The position numbers and the translations under genes were made by a program. A DNA stretch of 64,000 nt. Origin: Craspedostauros australis (taxonomy: Eukaryota). Of this stretch, positions 21,093-32,065 are shown piece by piece. Each line of letters begins with the position of its first letter. The first letter of the stretch is position 1. The notes beneath the pieces were generated by a model that was not told the DNA's origin, did no database searches, and saw only the letters and a list, made by a program, of their open reading frames with translations. Location of the stretch: positions 62,001 through 126,000 of the forward strand of contig JALAGF010004003.1 of NCBI GenBank assembly GCA_030167865.1. The letters are read 5' to 3'.

Positions 21093-23043
21093 ATGACCGC
21101 TTCAGTTACTGCCACCACAAGCTCGGCCATCTGGTTGGCATGGACGTTCGCTTGGGTGTTGATGCTGGCATCTTCATCTCATGCGGGTGGTGCCATCGAG
21201 GCAAACGTCATCTTTCACAACTGGAGTCCGGGACCGGTCGCCATCTACTGGTTGCACCCCAAGACCAAGGAACCACATCTCATGCAGGCAGCATTGCCTT
21301 CGCATTCCAACACGCATTTCAACAGCTTTTCTGGTCACAGCTTTGAAATCCGGGAGGTGCCTGACCCGGAAACTGGGACGTGCGGCAGCAGAGAAGATCA
21401 AACCTGCTCGGTGGGGTACGTGGCTGTCACGTCCGATGAGACCCAGACAGTGCAGATCCTGGAGAAGATGAAGATCGAGACGCTTGTGGGCAATGCCGAT
21501 GCTCCTCCGAATGGTGGTGCCGACACTGGAACCGGCAGCAGGGATGCGAGCGAAGTCGATCTGTCCTACACCTACGACAAACAGAACGATCCCAACTCCG
21601 TCAACATGGACCATTGCCGCCAGCACCTGCCAGGTTCCTTTGATGGCTACATCGGCTGCTTGAATCGCAAGGCGGCATCCAGCATCAGGCACTGGAATGA
21701 TGAAGTCTTCTTCCAGGAGGATCTGCGAGTGGTCGTCTCCGATCAGATGGAGAATGTCACTTGCCTCATCGCCGACTTGCCATCGAGCCCTGACGTCGAA
21801 GTCCGACAGTGGACCAGCGAACGGGACGGCGTCACGCGTCCTGTTCACGTCAAGCTGGATCGTCCCGCCAGCCGCATCCACCTCGTTCAGAACTTTGCAT
21901 CGCCCGACGAATGTCAAGCCATGGAAGACGCAGCCCAGCCCAAGTTGCATCACGCCACTGTCGCCGACGGCAAGGGCGGTTCGCGCCAATCCGAAAACCG
22001 AAAAGCCATGCAGGCCGGGATCAGCCCCAAATGGCAAAAGGAAGCAGAAGGAGACCTCGTGGCGACCTTGTCGCGACGCGTCTACGATTATGCCAACCAC
22101 GTCCTGCCCGGGCTCAACCTCACGCATTTCGGACAGGAGAACTTGATGTCCATTCAGTACTTTGGACGTGGCTACAACGACACGACGCCCGATCGGTACA
22201 CGCCGCATTGCGACGGGAATTGCAAGGGCGTGAAGCACCAGCACGGCGCACGTATGGCGACGATGGTCATTTACTGGTGAGTTCATTCTCTTGGCATCAT
22301 TGTGCTCTGTCCGACGATCGGGCTGCTTTCAGGCGCACGACCGTATCCACTTTGTCAAGGGCACCGCGAGTGTTCCATATCATGCGTGGCGTAGTACAGG
22401 AGTGCCATCACAGCGTCATGTATGTACGAGTCGTACACTTGATTGAGAAGAAGCTCACCCATGTTGTTTCGTTTCCTTGCCTATTTTATCCTGCTGTCAC
22501 GTCGATGGCCTATGGTACATGCAAACACTTATTCACATGCATGAGTACAGCACGCTCCCTGAACATGGCGGACACACCAACTTCCAAAAGGCCAACGTCC
22601 ATGTCAAGCCAGAGCCAGGCGCTGCAGTCTTCTTCAGCTACATCGACCCTGACACCAGAGTGACGGACAATGAACTCACCGAGCACTCCGGATGTCCCAT
22701 CTACGAAGGAGAGAAGAAGATTGTCACGCAATGGATCCGGCACGGGGTCGATGGAAGATCGCCCTGGACGAGTTTCAACACACGTAAGCACCAACCAAAT
22801 GCTGTGTTGTTCTGGCCTGGGCCAGAGTATTCTGCGCTGTATGAGTACAGCGATGTTTGCAGGAGTCGATCTCTTTTGGAATGTCGTGCGTTGTCGTGAT
22901 GGCTACCATCGCATCATGCTCTACTCTGTTCTACTCACTCTCACACTGCCCAACCTGCCTGTCCCATGCACTACCGTTCTTTGCGCCTTGTCTTGCTTTT
23001 GCTCCGTGCAGTGGGTATCAAGCACAGTGAAGCAGGAGATTGA
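21093..23043 (+). CDS. Secreted/ER prolyl-4-hydroxylase-like Fe(II)/2OG dioxygenase with N-terminal VHL-beta-like domain; 3 exons
   Basis: Exons 21093-22276, 22551-22783 and 23012-23043 give 482 aa. Signal peptide; VIFHNWSPGPVAIYWL...FNSFSGHSFEI; LVQNFASPDEC; YTPHCD (HxD); ATMVIY|C..PEHGGHTNF; EHSGCPIYEGEKKIVTQWIR. Confidence 0.88.
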
Positions 23044-23381
23044 TGGTCCACCCCGAGAACATCGCCAATCAAACCTTAGAGAATCAATAATAACACCAAC
23101 CCCTGCCCGATAATGTGCTCTTGCGCTACTGTTCGAGTATAACACGCCACCGTCATCACACTCGGATGATGTATTGAGTGCCTACGTATTTAGCACTACA
23201 TAGTATCGTAGATGTGTTCAAGCTCTGGATGCGAATGGAACCAGGCCTCCTTTGGCAGTTCTATGATGAGATTAGTATGCAGTGCTCTAACGTACGAGTA
23301 CAGAGGCTGTGAGTATGGTATGATGCGCATCGTGTGAGGAACGAGGTGGACGGCACTCTGACATGGTAATGCCATTGCCGC

Positions 23382-26084
23382 TCATTTCTTGTACTCGTCA
23401 TAGTCCAAGCTATCGTCGAATGACATGTCACCATCGTCTTGCACTTCAAGCATGGCTACCGTTGTGATCTCTCTGTTGACGAGTACAATAGATCCATTGT
23501 CCTGCACCGATGATGCACTGGCAGCGTCGTCCTCGTCTTCGACTTCCTCATCGTTGTAGGTGTAGCTGCTTGCTGAATCGGACTCGAAACGGCTGTCATC
23601 TTCCTCGGAAGAATCGACCTGCTCATTTGGAGTTCGATCGGGCTCCTTGGACTTCCGTTTGAGCTCCAAGAAGTCGTCCAGGTGGATGGGGAATCTTGAT
23701 GTTACCCCACCGCGTCCATCGGCAGTGGGCGAGAATGGGAGTGAGAACGGTGATGATTCTTGAAGCATATCCATGTAGGAACATGCTGCAGTTCGGCGTC
23801 TATCGTCCAGCCGGAGATTCACCAACCTCTCCAGAACCTGCTGCTCGGAGAATGGCGTCCCTGTTTCGTGTTTGTTCCTGATCATGTTGATGAAGGCAAA
23901 ATCGAAACGGAAGGAGACCGTGAGCACATTCACAGAATCGGCAAACTGTTGGGTCATCTTCATCAGATGCACCACACGACTACCTGGCTGTCCCTGCCAG
24001 CTTCCAGGGCCCGTTGTGCCTGCGGTCTCTTCGTCCCGGATCAGTGCTGCCGACATCTCCTCGTCGACGAACCGGAATAGACGGTGGAAGATGATGTCTT
24101 TATGATTGGGGTGGAGAATCGTGTCGCCCAGGTCGTGATGGAGGAAGACGAACAGGCTCGATACCCTGTCCATGCACGCCTCGAAATCGGACTTCATGTT
24201 TCCTGCAGTCGCTTCGGGAAACAAGCGCAGGTGCCTCGTCGCCAAAACGGTTTCGGTGAACACCTTTGCGAACTCAATGATCTCGGAGAGCGCATTGGCG
24301 ATGTCGGACTCGCAAGCGGTGGACAGGGCGTCCGTGTCGCGCAGAAGCTCATCGCGTTCTGTCGTGAAGCCATTCTGGATGCATTCTTGCAGCTGCTTCA
24401 TTGGCTTGTACACCACCACTACGCAGTACCAGTACACAAAGAGTGATTCTTTGAGACTGCGCCGGCTCAAGGACATGGCTGGTTTTGCAGGTCGATGCGC
24501 CTGAAGCGCACGGATGAGGCTGATCAATTTGACTGCGATCTTCATCTTCATCGGCTCCATGCTGTCCCACAGGTCGAATAGGCCATCGAGTGTGGACAAG
24601 ATGGAATCCAGAATCGGTGCCGAGCCTCGGTCTGGGAGGTAAAGTCGGAGTTTTGATCCTGCGGCCACCAAGGTCCGTGGGAAGCATGTGCTCGAGACTT
24701 GATTCGTGCCGAGGTTATCGATGTTGTTGTCGACGGCATTGTTGCTTGGAGTTGAGTCTACGGTCTTGAAAGGCATGAAAGGCTCCCCGACATCGAGCAG
24801 GAACACCTTTGCCTCATTGACGTCCTTTTGAACTTCTGAACACGTGCGCTCGACTACCGTAGACGCGTGGAAAAGCAATGTAGTTCGAAGATCTGCAACT
24901 GCATCTACTTGGCTGTGAAGGTTGAAAGCTCCTTCAAGCCTTTCCATGAAGCCCCTGCAAAGGGTCCACACAGCCCCAATCTCATAGATGTCAAGACGGC
25001 TGTGTGGGAGTTCGCGCAGCTGAATGACGTCCAGAACGCAACCAACTCCGAAGCCGACAATGGCGGGGTCGGAAGCACCGAGAGAACGAGCGGAAGTAGA
25101 TAGGGAAGACGTGCGCTCGTACCGTTTAAGCAAACGGCAGCGCTTCAGCTGGAAGTTGAGGAACTGGAATACCTTTTCCAGGAACAGTTTGAATTGCTCC
25201 ATGAAGGTTGCGTGGGAAAGGGTCGGGATCAACACCTTTGGGTTACGGACTTGGTCACTTGGACTGGCAGCATCGTGCGGTGGTTGGAAATTGGAGTACA
25301 GCCGGCGCATGATGTTCTGGTCCCAAGAAGTGCCATCAGCTGAGGCATCTTCATTGGACAAGTGGTTGTGGTCGTTGTCGTCCATGTCGTCGTCGTTCAC
25401 GTCGTCAGCCTCGACACCGCCTTCTGCACTATCGCCTTCGTCGGCGTTTCTGTGAAAGATGTTTCTGCGCCAGTCCAAGAAGTCATCACGGAGAAAGGCA
25501 GATTGAACGTGTGCGCTGTTGGGTAGGAGATGAGTGACATCGCTTATGGTGGAAGATGCGATCTGGTGGCGACGAGTTCGACTCGCAGCAGGACCAGGAT
25601 ACGCCATATCCAGGGAGACAAACACGCCGGTACCAGGGGGGCTTTTGAAGTATGTGAAACCGCCCAGGGCTTCGCCTTCGACACGGCGGTGTTGTTGAAC
25701 TGGTGAATCCATGGTGACGCCAACCATGATGCCTCTTCCCACCACGTGCACGGGCCCAACATACTTAACAACGCCCTCTGCTCGGTGTTTATCGATTTCA
25801 TACTTGACCAATATTCGCTGTCCAATGTAAGGTCGAGACTTGCTTGCGGCAAAGCTTATCATGTATGTATTCACGGCACGGCCGCCTGATCTTCTTCGGT
25901 TCGATCGCCTTGCCAGTGGCACTGTGTTCATGATGGCATCCACACCCGTGTTCGGATCATGAACATCATTCCGTCTTGGTTCACCTGCAGCTGTGGCTTC
26001 CGCCGCACGTCCGCCATCGTCTTCATTGCCAGCAATCATGAGCGTGGCCGGACGGCTGATGTCGGGGGCGGTATCTTCCTCCAT
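23382..26084 (-). CDS. CAP-Gly-like domain protein with long helical body and acidic tail
   Basis: Single ORF, ATG at 26084. IGQRILV...GVVKYVGPVH...GIMVGVTMDSP...GFTYFKSPPGTGVFV matches the CAP-Gly pattern. The rest is not recognised. Confidence 0.75.
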   Translation of the reverse strand: MEEDTAPDISRPATLMIAGNEDDGGRAAEATAAGEPRRNDVHDPNTGVDAIMNTVPLARRSNRRRSGGRAVNTYMISFAASKSRPYIGQRILVKYEIDKHRAEGVVKYVGPVHVVGRGIMVGVTMDSPVQQHRRVEGEALGGFTYFKSPPGTGVFVSLDMAYPGPAASRTRRHQIASSTISDVTHLLPNSAHVQSAFLRDDFLDWRRNIFHRNADEGDSAEGGVEADDVNDDDMDDNDHNHLSNEDASADGTSWDQNIMRRLYSNFQPPHDAASPSDQVRNPKVLIPTLSHATFMEQFKLFLEKVFQFLNFQLKRCRLLKRYERTSSLSTSARSLGASDPAIVGFGVGCVLDVIQLRELPHSRLDIYEIGAVWTLCRGFMERLEGAFNLHSQVDAVADLRTTLLFHASTVVERTCSEVQKDVNEAKVFLLDVGEPFMPFKTVDSTPSNNAVDNNIDNLGTNQVSSTCFPRTLVAAGSKLRLYLPDRGSAPILDSILSTLDGLFDLWDSMEPMKMKIAVKLISLIRALQAHRPAKPAMSLSRRSLKESLFVYWYCVVVVYKPMKQLQECIQNGFTTERDELLRDTDALSTACESDIANALSEIIEFAKVFTETVLATRHLRLFPEATAGNMKSDFEACMDRVSSLFVFLHHDLGDTILHPNHKDIIFHRLFRFVDEEMSAALIRDEETAGTTGPGSWQGQPGSRVVHLMKMTQQFADSVNVLTVSFRFDFAFINMIRNKHETGTPFSEQQVLERLVNLRLDDRRRTAACSYMDMLQESSPFSLPFSPTADGRGGVTSRFPIHLDDFLELKRKSKEPDRTPNEQVDSSEEDDSRFESDSASSYTYNDEEVEDEDDAASASSVQDNGSIVLVNREITTVAMLEVQDDGDMSFDDSLDYDEYKK

Positions 26085-26927
26085 GGTGCCCGTATGCCTC
26101 GCCAACAACGCTCGTTCGAAGCCACTGGAATGAGTGCTGACGGATACAGATACAGATACAGACACTCGTACGATTTCGAGTACGAGGAGGTATGAATAGG
26201 ACGCGTATCTACTATATGTTGTGGATCCTTTCCCCTTCTCTGATGTGTGAGGGCCGCGAGTGTTGACTTGAATGAAACCCGTTTTGTGGAATCTTCAGGA
26301 AAGGAATGTGTGTTCTGTCAGCCATGTTGTGCCACTACCATCATCAACAGCGATCTTGTTCGCACAAATCCTTCATCGCAATGCATGAATCCAGCGCGTG
26401 CACGTATTCCGCCGTGTTGGACCGCGACGAGTGTTGAGTCGTGGCTCTCTCTCTTTCCCCTTGTCGACGCACTTGACGACTGAAACCCTTCCATTTGTTC
26501 TTTTGTTGATTCCTGTTCTGTTTCTGTGATTTCCTCGCAGAACCGCACAGACATGCCCTGAAGCCACTGAGAATCTGGATGTGCGAAGGTGCACGCACAT
26601 TCGTGGAACGGACAAACGAACAAAGTGTTCTTGATGACGAGTGTCAGTCGGTCCGTCATCCGAAAGATACGTCTTGTTCCAACCAGCCAATCGACCAAAA
26701 AACCGAACAACAACATTCGGCAAAGGTCCAGGCAAAGATTTACGCGCAACTGCGGAGAGATGCGCTTGATTCGTCGCAGCACACGCACCCATGCGAGTGC
26801 AGCAACACATCAAACCTCAGAGCCACAAACCCAACAGAAGACAACCGGCACGGAACGAGCCATGCCCACGCATCACGGCAACCACACCTGCGCCTGGACA
26901 CTCGATCCATGATGAAGGTGAGATGAG

Positions 26928-28829
26928 ATGACCAAGACCTCCAAGAAGACGAAGAGAAAGAAACAGAAGAAGAGGCGGCGCAGCGATGATGCCGACGTCT
27001 TGAATGAGACCGAAGGTCAGGGCCATGGTGCTGCCGATACCAGCACTCGTCATGACTCCTCGAAGCGCCGTTTGACAGCGTCTGTCTCTGTGCTTGAAGA
27101 TTCAACTGCATCGCTTCCTGACAAGCAGAGATCAGTCCCAACCTCATCTCCCCGTGCCATTGACGCCAACAACAATGATGATGATGGTGGTGAGACGAAT
27201 GGTGACGAAGTCCGTCGCAGCGAGCGCAAGCAGTTGAAGAAGAAACGAAAAAAGGAAAAGAAGAAAAAGAGGAAGGCGAACGCAGAACAAGCAACTGGCA
27301 CAGACATTACAGCAACGAGCAGCAGCGGCAGCAACAACTCAGTTGGAAACAAGGACGCATCGCCCAATATGGAAGGACGAATGATAGATGGTGAAATGGT
27401 CTTAGTGGATGAGGTGTCTGGCAACGTGTACTCTGCCTTAGCACGGACAGATCATGGAACTCACAAGCAGATTGGGAAGTTGATAGATGGAAACATCGTG
27501 CTCGACGCAGCATCCGTAGATGGGGATAGAAGGGACGGAGAAGGTATGTCCGAATTCTTGTGTTGCTTGCTGTTGTACGAGTATGCAATCGCAGTGGCAC
27601 GGGCACGCCATCATCACAGCGACACAGGAGCGAAGACCGAAACAAGCACGCGAGTTCAACACGCAATGCCAAGCATGTATCGAAGCCGGAGTGGAACTTT
27701 GGCCTCCGGGCCTTCCTATGATCCAACTACCGGTCAAATATCATGCAAGAGCAACGGTCGGCATGGGGAAGGGGTTCGTGGTGAGTGGAGATTGGGAGAG
27801 CAGCTTCCCGGCAAAATGTCAGGTTGCATGGTTCTTCCTTTGCTCCACCCTGTCACGGCCCCTTCACTTAACCATGTTCTGGCCAAAGGATTGGCGGGTG
27901 TGATATTTGAATCGACTGCACGACAGAAATATTCTCAATAGCCTTTCCATCATTCCCATCTCCCATTTATCGTGTCGCATGATATTGCTTCATTTGTTAC
28001 CCCCATGCACCAATACGGACTATTGCACACGTGCGATTGCGCCCATGCTCTATCCAACCTGGAACCAAATGAACTCGACAATGGACTCGACAACTGCCAT
28101 GATACTAATGCAACAACATCAATAGCAATGACCGCAGTGCAACAAGCTCAGCCGACGGATCATGATGCCACGGCTGCGACGCCGTTCCCATTCGAGGTAG
28201 ACCCTGATGATCACTGCGAATCGCCGTTCCAAGCCTACAAGGACGTCCAACGGTTGCTCCAAGCAGCAACAGCAACATCCTCCCGCAAGAGAGACGGTCC
28301 AACTGTCTACGATCCCTACTTCTGCAATGGAACGGTGGTTCAGCACCTGAACGAGCTGGGCTTCCGCAACGTCTACAACCAAAAAGAAGACTGCTACCAG
28401 GTGTGGAAGTCCAAATCGAGATATCCCCAGTTCGATATCTTCGTCACCAATCCACCCTACAGCGGCGACCACATCGAAAAGCTGATGCAGCACATCACAT
28501 CTTCCTCCTTCGGGCAGCGGCCGTGGTTCTTGCTGATGCCGCAATGGGTGCACCGCAAGGACTACTATATCTCATGCACATCCCACATCCGACCATTCTA
28601 CATCGTGCCGCGCAAGCGCTACGTGTACCTTCCACCACCAGCCTTCCGAAAGGCCAAGAAGAGCGACGTGCATAAGAAGTCGTCGCCCTTCGTCTCCATG
28701 TGGTACGTGTGGGGTGGAACGGCGCAGCAGAATGACAAGCTGATTCAGATGGCGTATCGGGGCATCCCAAATTGCGACGTTGCTCGGAGCCGCAGCGCAT
28801 TGCGTGATTTGCGACGAAAGAAACGGTGA
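26928..28829 (+). CDS. Putative SAM-dependent amino (N6-adenine-type) methyltransferase with Lys-rich N-terminal exon; 2 exons proposed
   Basis: Exon 1 26928-27543 (GTATGT donor) and exon 2 28126-28829 (TACTAAT branch-like site at about 28103, TAG acceptor) give 439 aa in frame. Motifs DDHCESP, VYDPYFCNG, FDIFVTNPPYS, WFLLMP. Confidence 0.72.
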
Positions 28830-29291
28830 CAGAGCTGTCGAATAGCTCCTCCTAGAATACATAGCAATGAGTTCATTAAAGGCAGTGGTGTCCCTTTCCT
28901 ACATTTGATTCTGCAAGGACGCCCGTGTTGCGACAGAGGAAGAGCAGTCGTGAGTGTCGGTCATGCCGAGCGTGCACTTGTAGCCATGCCGCGAGTCGAG
29001 TACAACCGAGTCCATCGAGTCGAACAACGAGTCTCTCGGCCACGATCTGAAGAGTCCACGACTCCAAAGGATTCTCCCCACCCAATTGTCACGTTGCGAA
29101 CACCCGATGGTCACTGCCAACAACAGAGGACATCTTGGCGAGCACAAACAGGTCGTAGGCCGTACGCGCAACAGCAAGCAATCAGAGACCCATCGAACCG
29201 TCCCTCCCCATTGTCTCCATCCACACAGAGCACACAAGCACACCTGAATACAAGACTGCCATACCATACCCAAGAGCGTACATTTTGCACC

Positions 29292-29873
29292 ATGGCATCG
29301 TTGATCTGGACCAGCGTCTTCTTCTTCCTCATCGCCGAGCTGTTCGTCACGCTGGTGCTGGTGATCCCGGTGCCGCGCAAAATCCGGAATTATTTGGCGC
29401 GCAAGGTGATCTCGCCGCTGAAGCTGGGCGAACGGCTCTCGAAGCCGATCCTCTTCGTGGGCATCGGCTTGGTGTTTGCCTTCCTGGAGAGCTACTTTGC
29501 GCACGGGCGCATCGTGGCGCGCATGGTGGAGGAGTACGGTGGCACTTCGTGGGTGCATCGCGGAGATCCCCACACGGCGCATGACCACATGCACGACAAG
29601 GAACGCAAGTACAAGGCGGAGCGCAACATGTACCTTGCCGGCTTTTCATTCACGCTGCTGTTCGTCATCGGGAGGCTGACGCAGCTGATGCAGGAGAGCG
29701 TGGAGCTGGAGGCGGAATGCGAGCGTATCACATCCAGCAATGCCGGGCAGGCGGTGGACTCGGCTGTCGCAGACAGCGGGTCGAAGAAGAAGGAGAAGAA
29801 GGGCAAGGATACGAGCACCAACATTGAGATGAAGACCATTCGGAAGAGCGGCGACGACAAGAAGAAGGATTGA
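29292..29873 (+). CDS. BAP29/BAP31-like ER membrane protein
   Basis: MASLIWTSVFFFLIAELFVTLVLVIPVP, three TM segments, KYKAERNMYLAGFSFTLLFVIGR, and a C-terminal di-lysine signal DKKKD. Confidence 0.92.
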   Translation: MASLIWTSVFFFLIAELFVTLVLVIPVPRKIRNYLARKVISPLKLGERLSKPILFVGIGLVFAFLESYFAHGRIVARMVEEYGGTSWVHRGDPHTAHDHMHDKERKYKAERNMYLAGFSFTLLFVIGRLTQLMQESVELEAECERITSSNAGQAVDSAVADSGSKKKEKKGKDTSTNIEMKTIRKSGDDKKKD

Positions 29874-30364
29874 TTGGGTGCAGCGAAGCACGGGTTGCCG
29901 CATGACAATCCTTTGGAGTCTCGTCCGTTGCGACCGCCACAACTTGTACGTAGAAGGACTGATTAGAAGTATCATTGCTCCTCGCATTTTTCATGAATAC
30001 TTTGCTTTGCTGCATCGTTATTCCTAAAGTGTAGATGCCCTGCTCTGTCAATCTACCACTGCTACTCGTGTCGAAGACAGCAGCGATCGATCAATCCGTG
30101 TGCGGGACAGCTCTGTCTCTCTCGAGGGAGTATTCTGGATTCTTCCCACACTCGATGCCAATTTGTCCTCTCTCTCTCTGTCGGACGATTGGAATGCAAT
30201 GCAGGTATCTGATCGAATTCAATTTGGAGAAAGTTCGTCTTTCATGTCCATCCTTCAAGTTCTGCGCAATAATCACGTCTTCTTCTGATTGCACACCAGA
30301 TGACGTGGAACATGTACGTATGACACCCTGCTCCACTCCACCAAGCCAGTACACGCAGTCCGAT

Positions 30365-31633
30365 TTAGTCCTTTTTCTTGTCCGATTCCGGCTGCACTTC
30401 TCCCGTTTTATGTTCCGACAGATCGTGCGTCTCGCCCTTCGACACGAGCACCCATCCCATGCGGATGAACATGAAGTACCACGCGACGTGCAGCATGATG
30501 AGCATTCCGAGCAGGACGAGGAAGATGTGCAGGTAGAAGTGGACCGCCAAGGCATCGACCGCACCACGTCGCAAGACGAGCCATGATTCGAAGGCGATGG
30601 AACGGAAGATGATGAATGGCAGCGCGCCGAGCCTCGTGGCCATCCACACGAGCACCATGAGGACGAAGCAGACGACGGTGGTGATCTTCCATTTGAGGAA
30701 GTTGGCGAGCTTGGACAGGTCGACGGGAACGTCCGACAAGTCGTGGACCAGAAAGACCATGCTGCCGATTCTGGTGAATCGAAAGCCGGAGGAGCTGATG
30801 ATAAGGGTGTTGGTGACGATGTGGTGGATGAACATCTCCTGGAAGTCGCCACGCACCGTCGGGCTCCACTGAATCTTGACGGGCGGCTGCAGTCCGCCCT
30901 TGGCCGACGTTATCGATTGGAAGGTGACGCAGAAACTGAGCTCGAGGAGGCTGAGCATGGCCTCCATGTTGTACGCGCTTTGGACCATGTAGTACCAGGC
31001 CATGCCGGGTTCGATCTCGTGGAAGGGAAAATGGTCAAAGAGGTGGACGGTGCCGCCTCGCTTCCACCAAATCTTGTCCCAGAAGTAGACCACGCCGACG
31101 ATGCTGATGAAAGAATGGAAGATCAAGCGGAAGACGTACTCTCCGAATTTGACGATCCGCGTATCGTTCTGGGCCTCCCACTCGGGTCCGTGCGTGAGCC
31201 TGGCGGCCTTGCGTCCCAGAGTCGAAAAGTAGGGGATCGTCGTCTTCTTGACGAGGCGCATGACGAGCATGGTGAGCAGCAGAACGCCGAAGGCGGTGGG
31301 TGTCGTGAGGTCACCCAGCGCCGTGGAGGGTGTGCGGAATGCGTAGTCCATCATGGATTGCAAGGAGGGTTGAAGGCCGTTGACCTCGAGGTATTCCTGG
31401 AACGAGAGCAGCACGGGGAAGTTGTGCAGGATGGGCTGAATCTTGAACTCCGGGCTGAACCACGCGCCTTCCTTCGTGGCGATTGATGGCAGGAGGGACC
31501 TCCATCCCGTGCATCCCACGACGTCGCAGACCAAGTCGATGGGCTGCGTGATCCAGAAGAAGACCACCGGCGGGAAAGCAGACATGTCATGCACCAGATC
31601 CTCGGGGGTTATGTCCCTCAAGATTGTCGTCAT
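30365..31633 (-). CDS. Ceramide synthase (LAG1/LASS, TLC domain)
   Basis: Lag1p motif RGDFQEMFIHHIVT...FTRIGSMVFLVHDLSDVPVDLSK; KFGEYVFRLIFH; LHVAWYFMFIRM; C-terminal DKKKD. Confidence 0.93.
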   Translation of the reverse strand: MTTILRDITPEDLVHDMSAFPPVVFFWITQPIDLVCDVVGCTGWRSLLPSIATKEGAWFSPEFKIQPILHNFPVLLSFQEYLEVNGLQPSLQSMMDYAFRTPSTALGDLTTPTAFGVLLLTMLVMRLVKKTTIPYFSTLGRKAARLTHGPEWEAQNDTRIVKFGEYVFRLIFHSFISIVGVVYFWDKIWWKRGGTVHLFDHFPFHEIEPGMAWYYMVQSAYNMEAMLSLLELSFCVTFQSITSAKGGLQPPVKIQWSPTVRGDFQEMFIHHIVTNTLIISSSGFRFTRIGSMVFLVHDLSDVPVDLSKLANFLKWKITTVVCFVLMVLVWMATRLGALPFIIFRSIAFESWLVLRRGAVDALAVHFYLHIFLVLLGMLIMLHVAWYFMFIRMGWVLVSKGETHDLSEHKTGEVQPESDKKKD

Positions 31634-32053
31634 TGCTGCGTCTCCTCGTATTGGGACGCGAGTTGCGGCTGTGACCTTTCGGGTGTGGCTATCCGTGCTG
31701 CCTTCGGTTGAGCTTGTCCCTCACTCTTGGGATGCTGCTGCTGTTGCTGCTGTTGCTACTGCTACTACTGGTGCTGCTGATGTGGTTACTTCTCGCGCAA
31801 CGAGTGCTTCGACGATTGGTCGCGCTGGACAAGATGGTGGTGTTGTTGCGGATCGTGGGGTTCTGAATGAAACCTTGCCTCGTTGTTTGTTCGCCTCTCT
31901 CTCTCTCTCTTTGTTCCGCATTGTTTGTTTGTTCATGTGGCATGACTTCTTTGGGGGAGGCGTGTTGGCGCCTGTTTTCGATTCGATTCTTGACGAACTG
32001 TCATTTGCGTGTCGCAGCGACTCACGAGTAGGTCACCAACCGTGACTCCAGAT

Positions 32054-32065
32054 GGTGACGTCACC
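32054..32065. promoter_or_regulatory. Perfect 12-bp palindrome GGTGACGTCACC (CRE/bZIP-type TGACGTCA core) in a divergent promoter
   Basis: The sequence is visible between the divergent ceramide synthase and NFU starts. Function is inferred only. Confidence 0.35.

Noticed and set aside
19021..22286. Long ORFs 19021-20253 (+) and 21174-22286 (-)
   Set aside because: Both are antisense shadows of better-supported genes.
28905..29291. N-terminal extension of the BAP31 ORF (likewise the listed extensions of SIN3, PAH, NFU and GST-N)
   Set aside because: These begin at non-ATG or weak starts in CA-rich UTR-like sequence, while homology or a targeting peptide begins at the downstream ATG.
31634..31936. 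Upstream ORF in frame with ceramide synthase, separated by one TGA (a similar case lies at 45265 for the 45204 ORF), suggesting Sec or readthrough
   Set aside because: The upstream peptides are low-complexity UTR-like sequence, with no SECIS or redox context seen. One in three upstream ORFs is in frame by chance.
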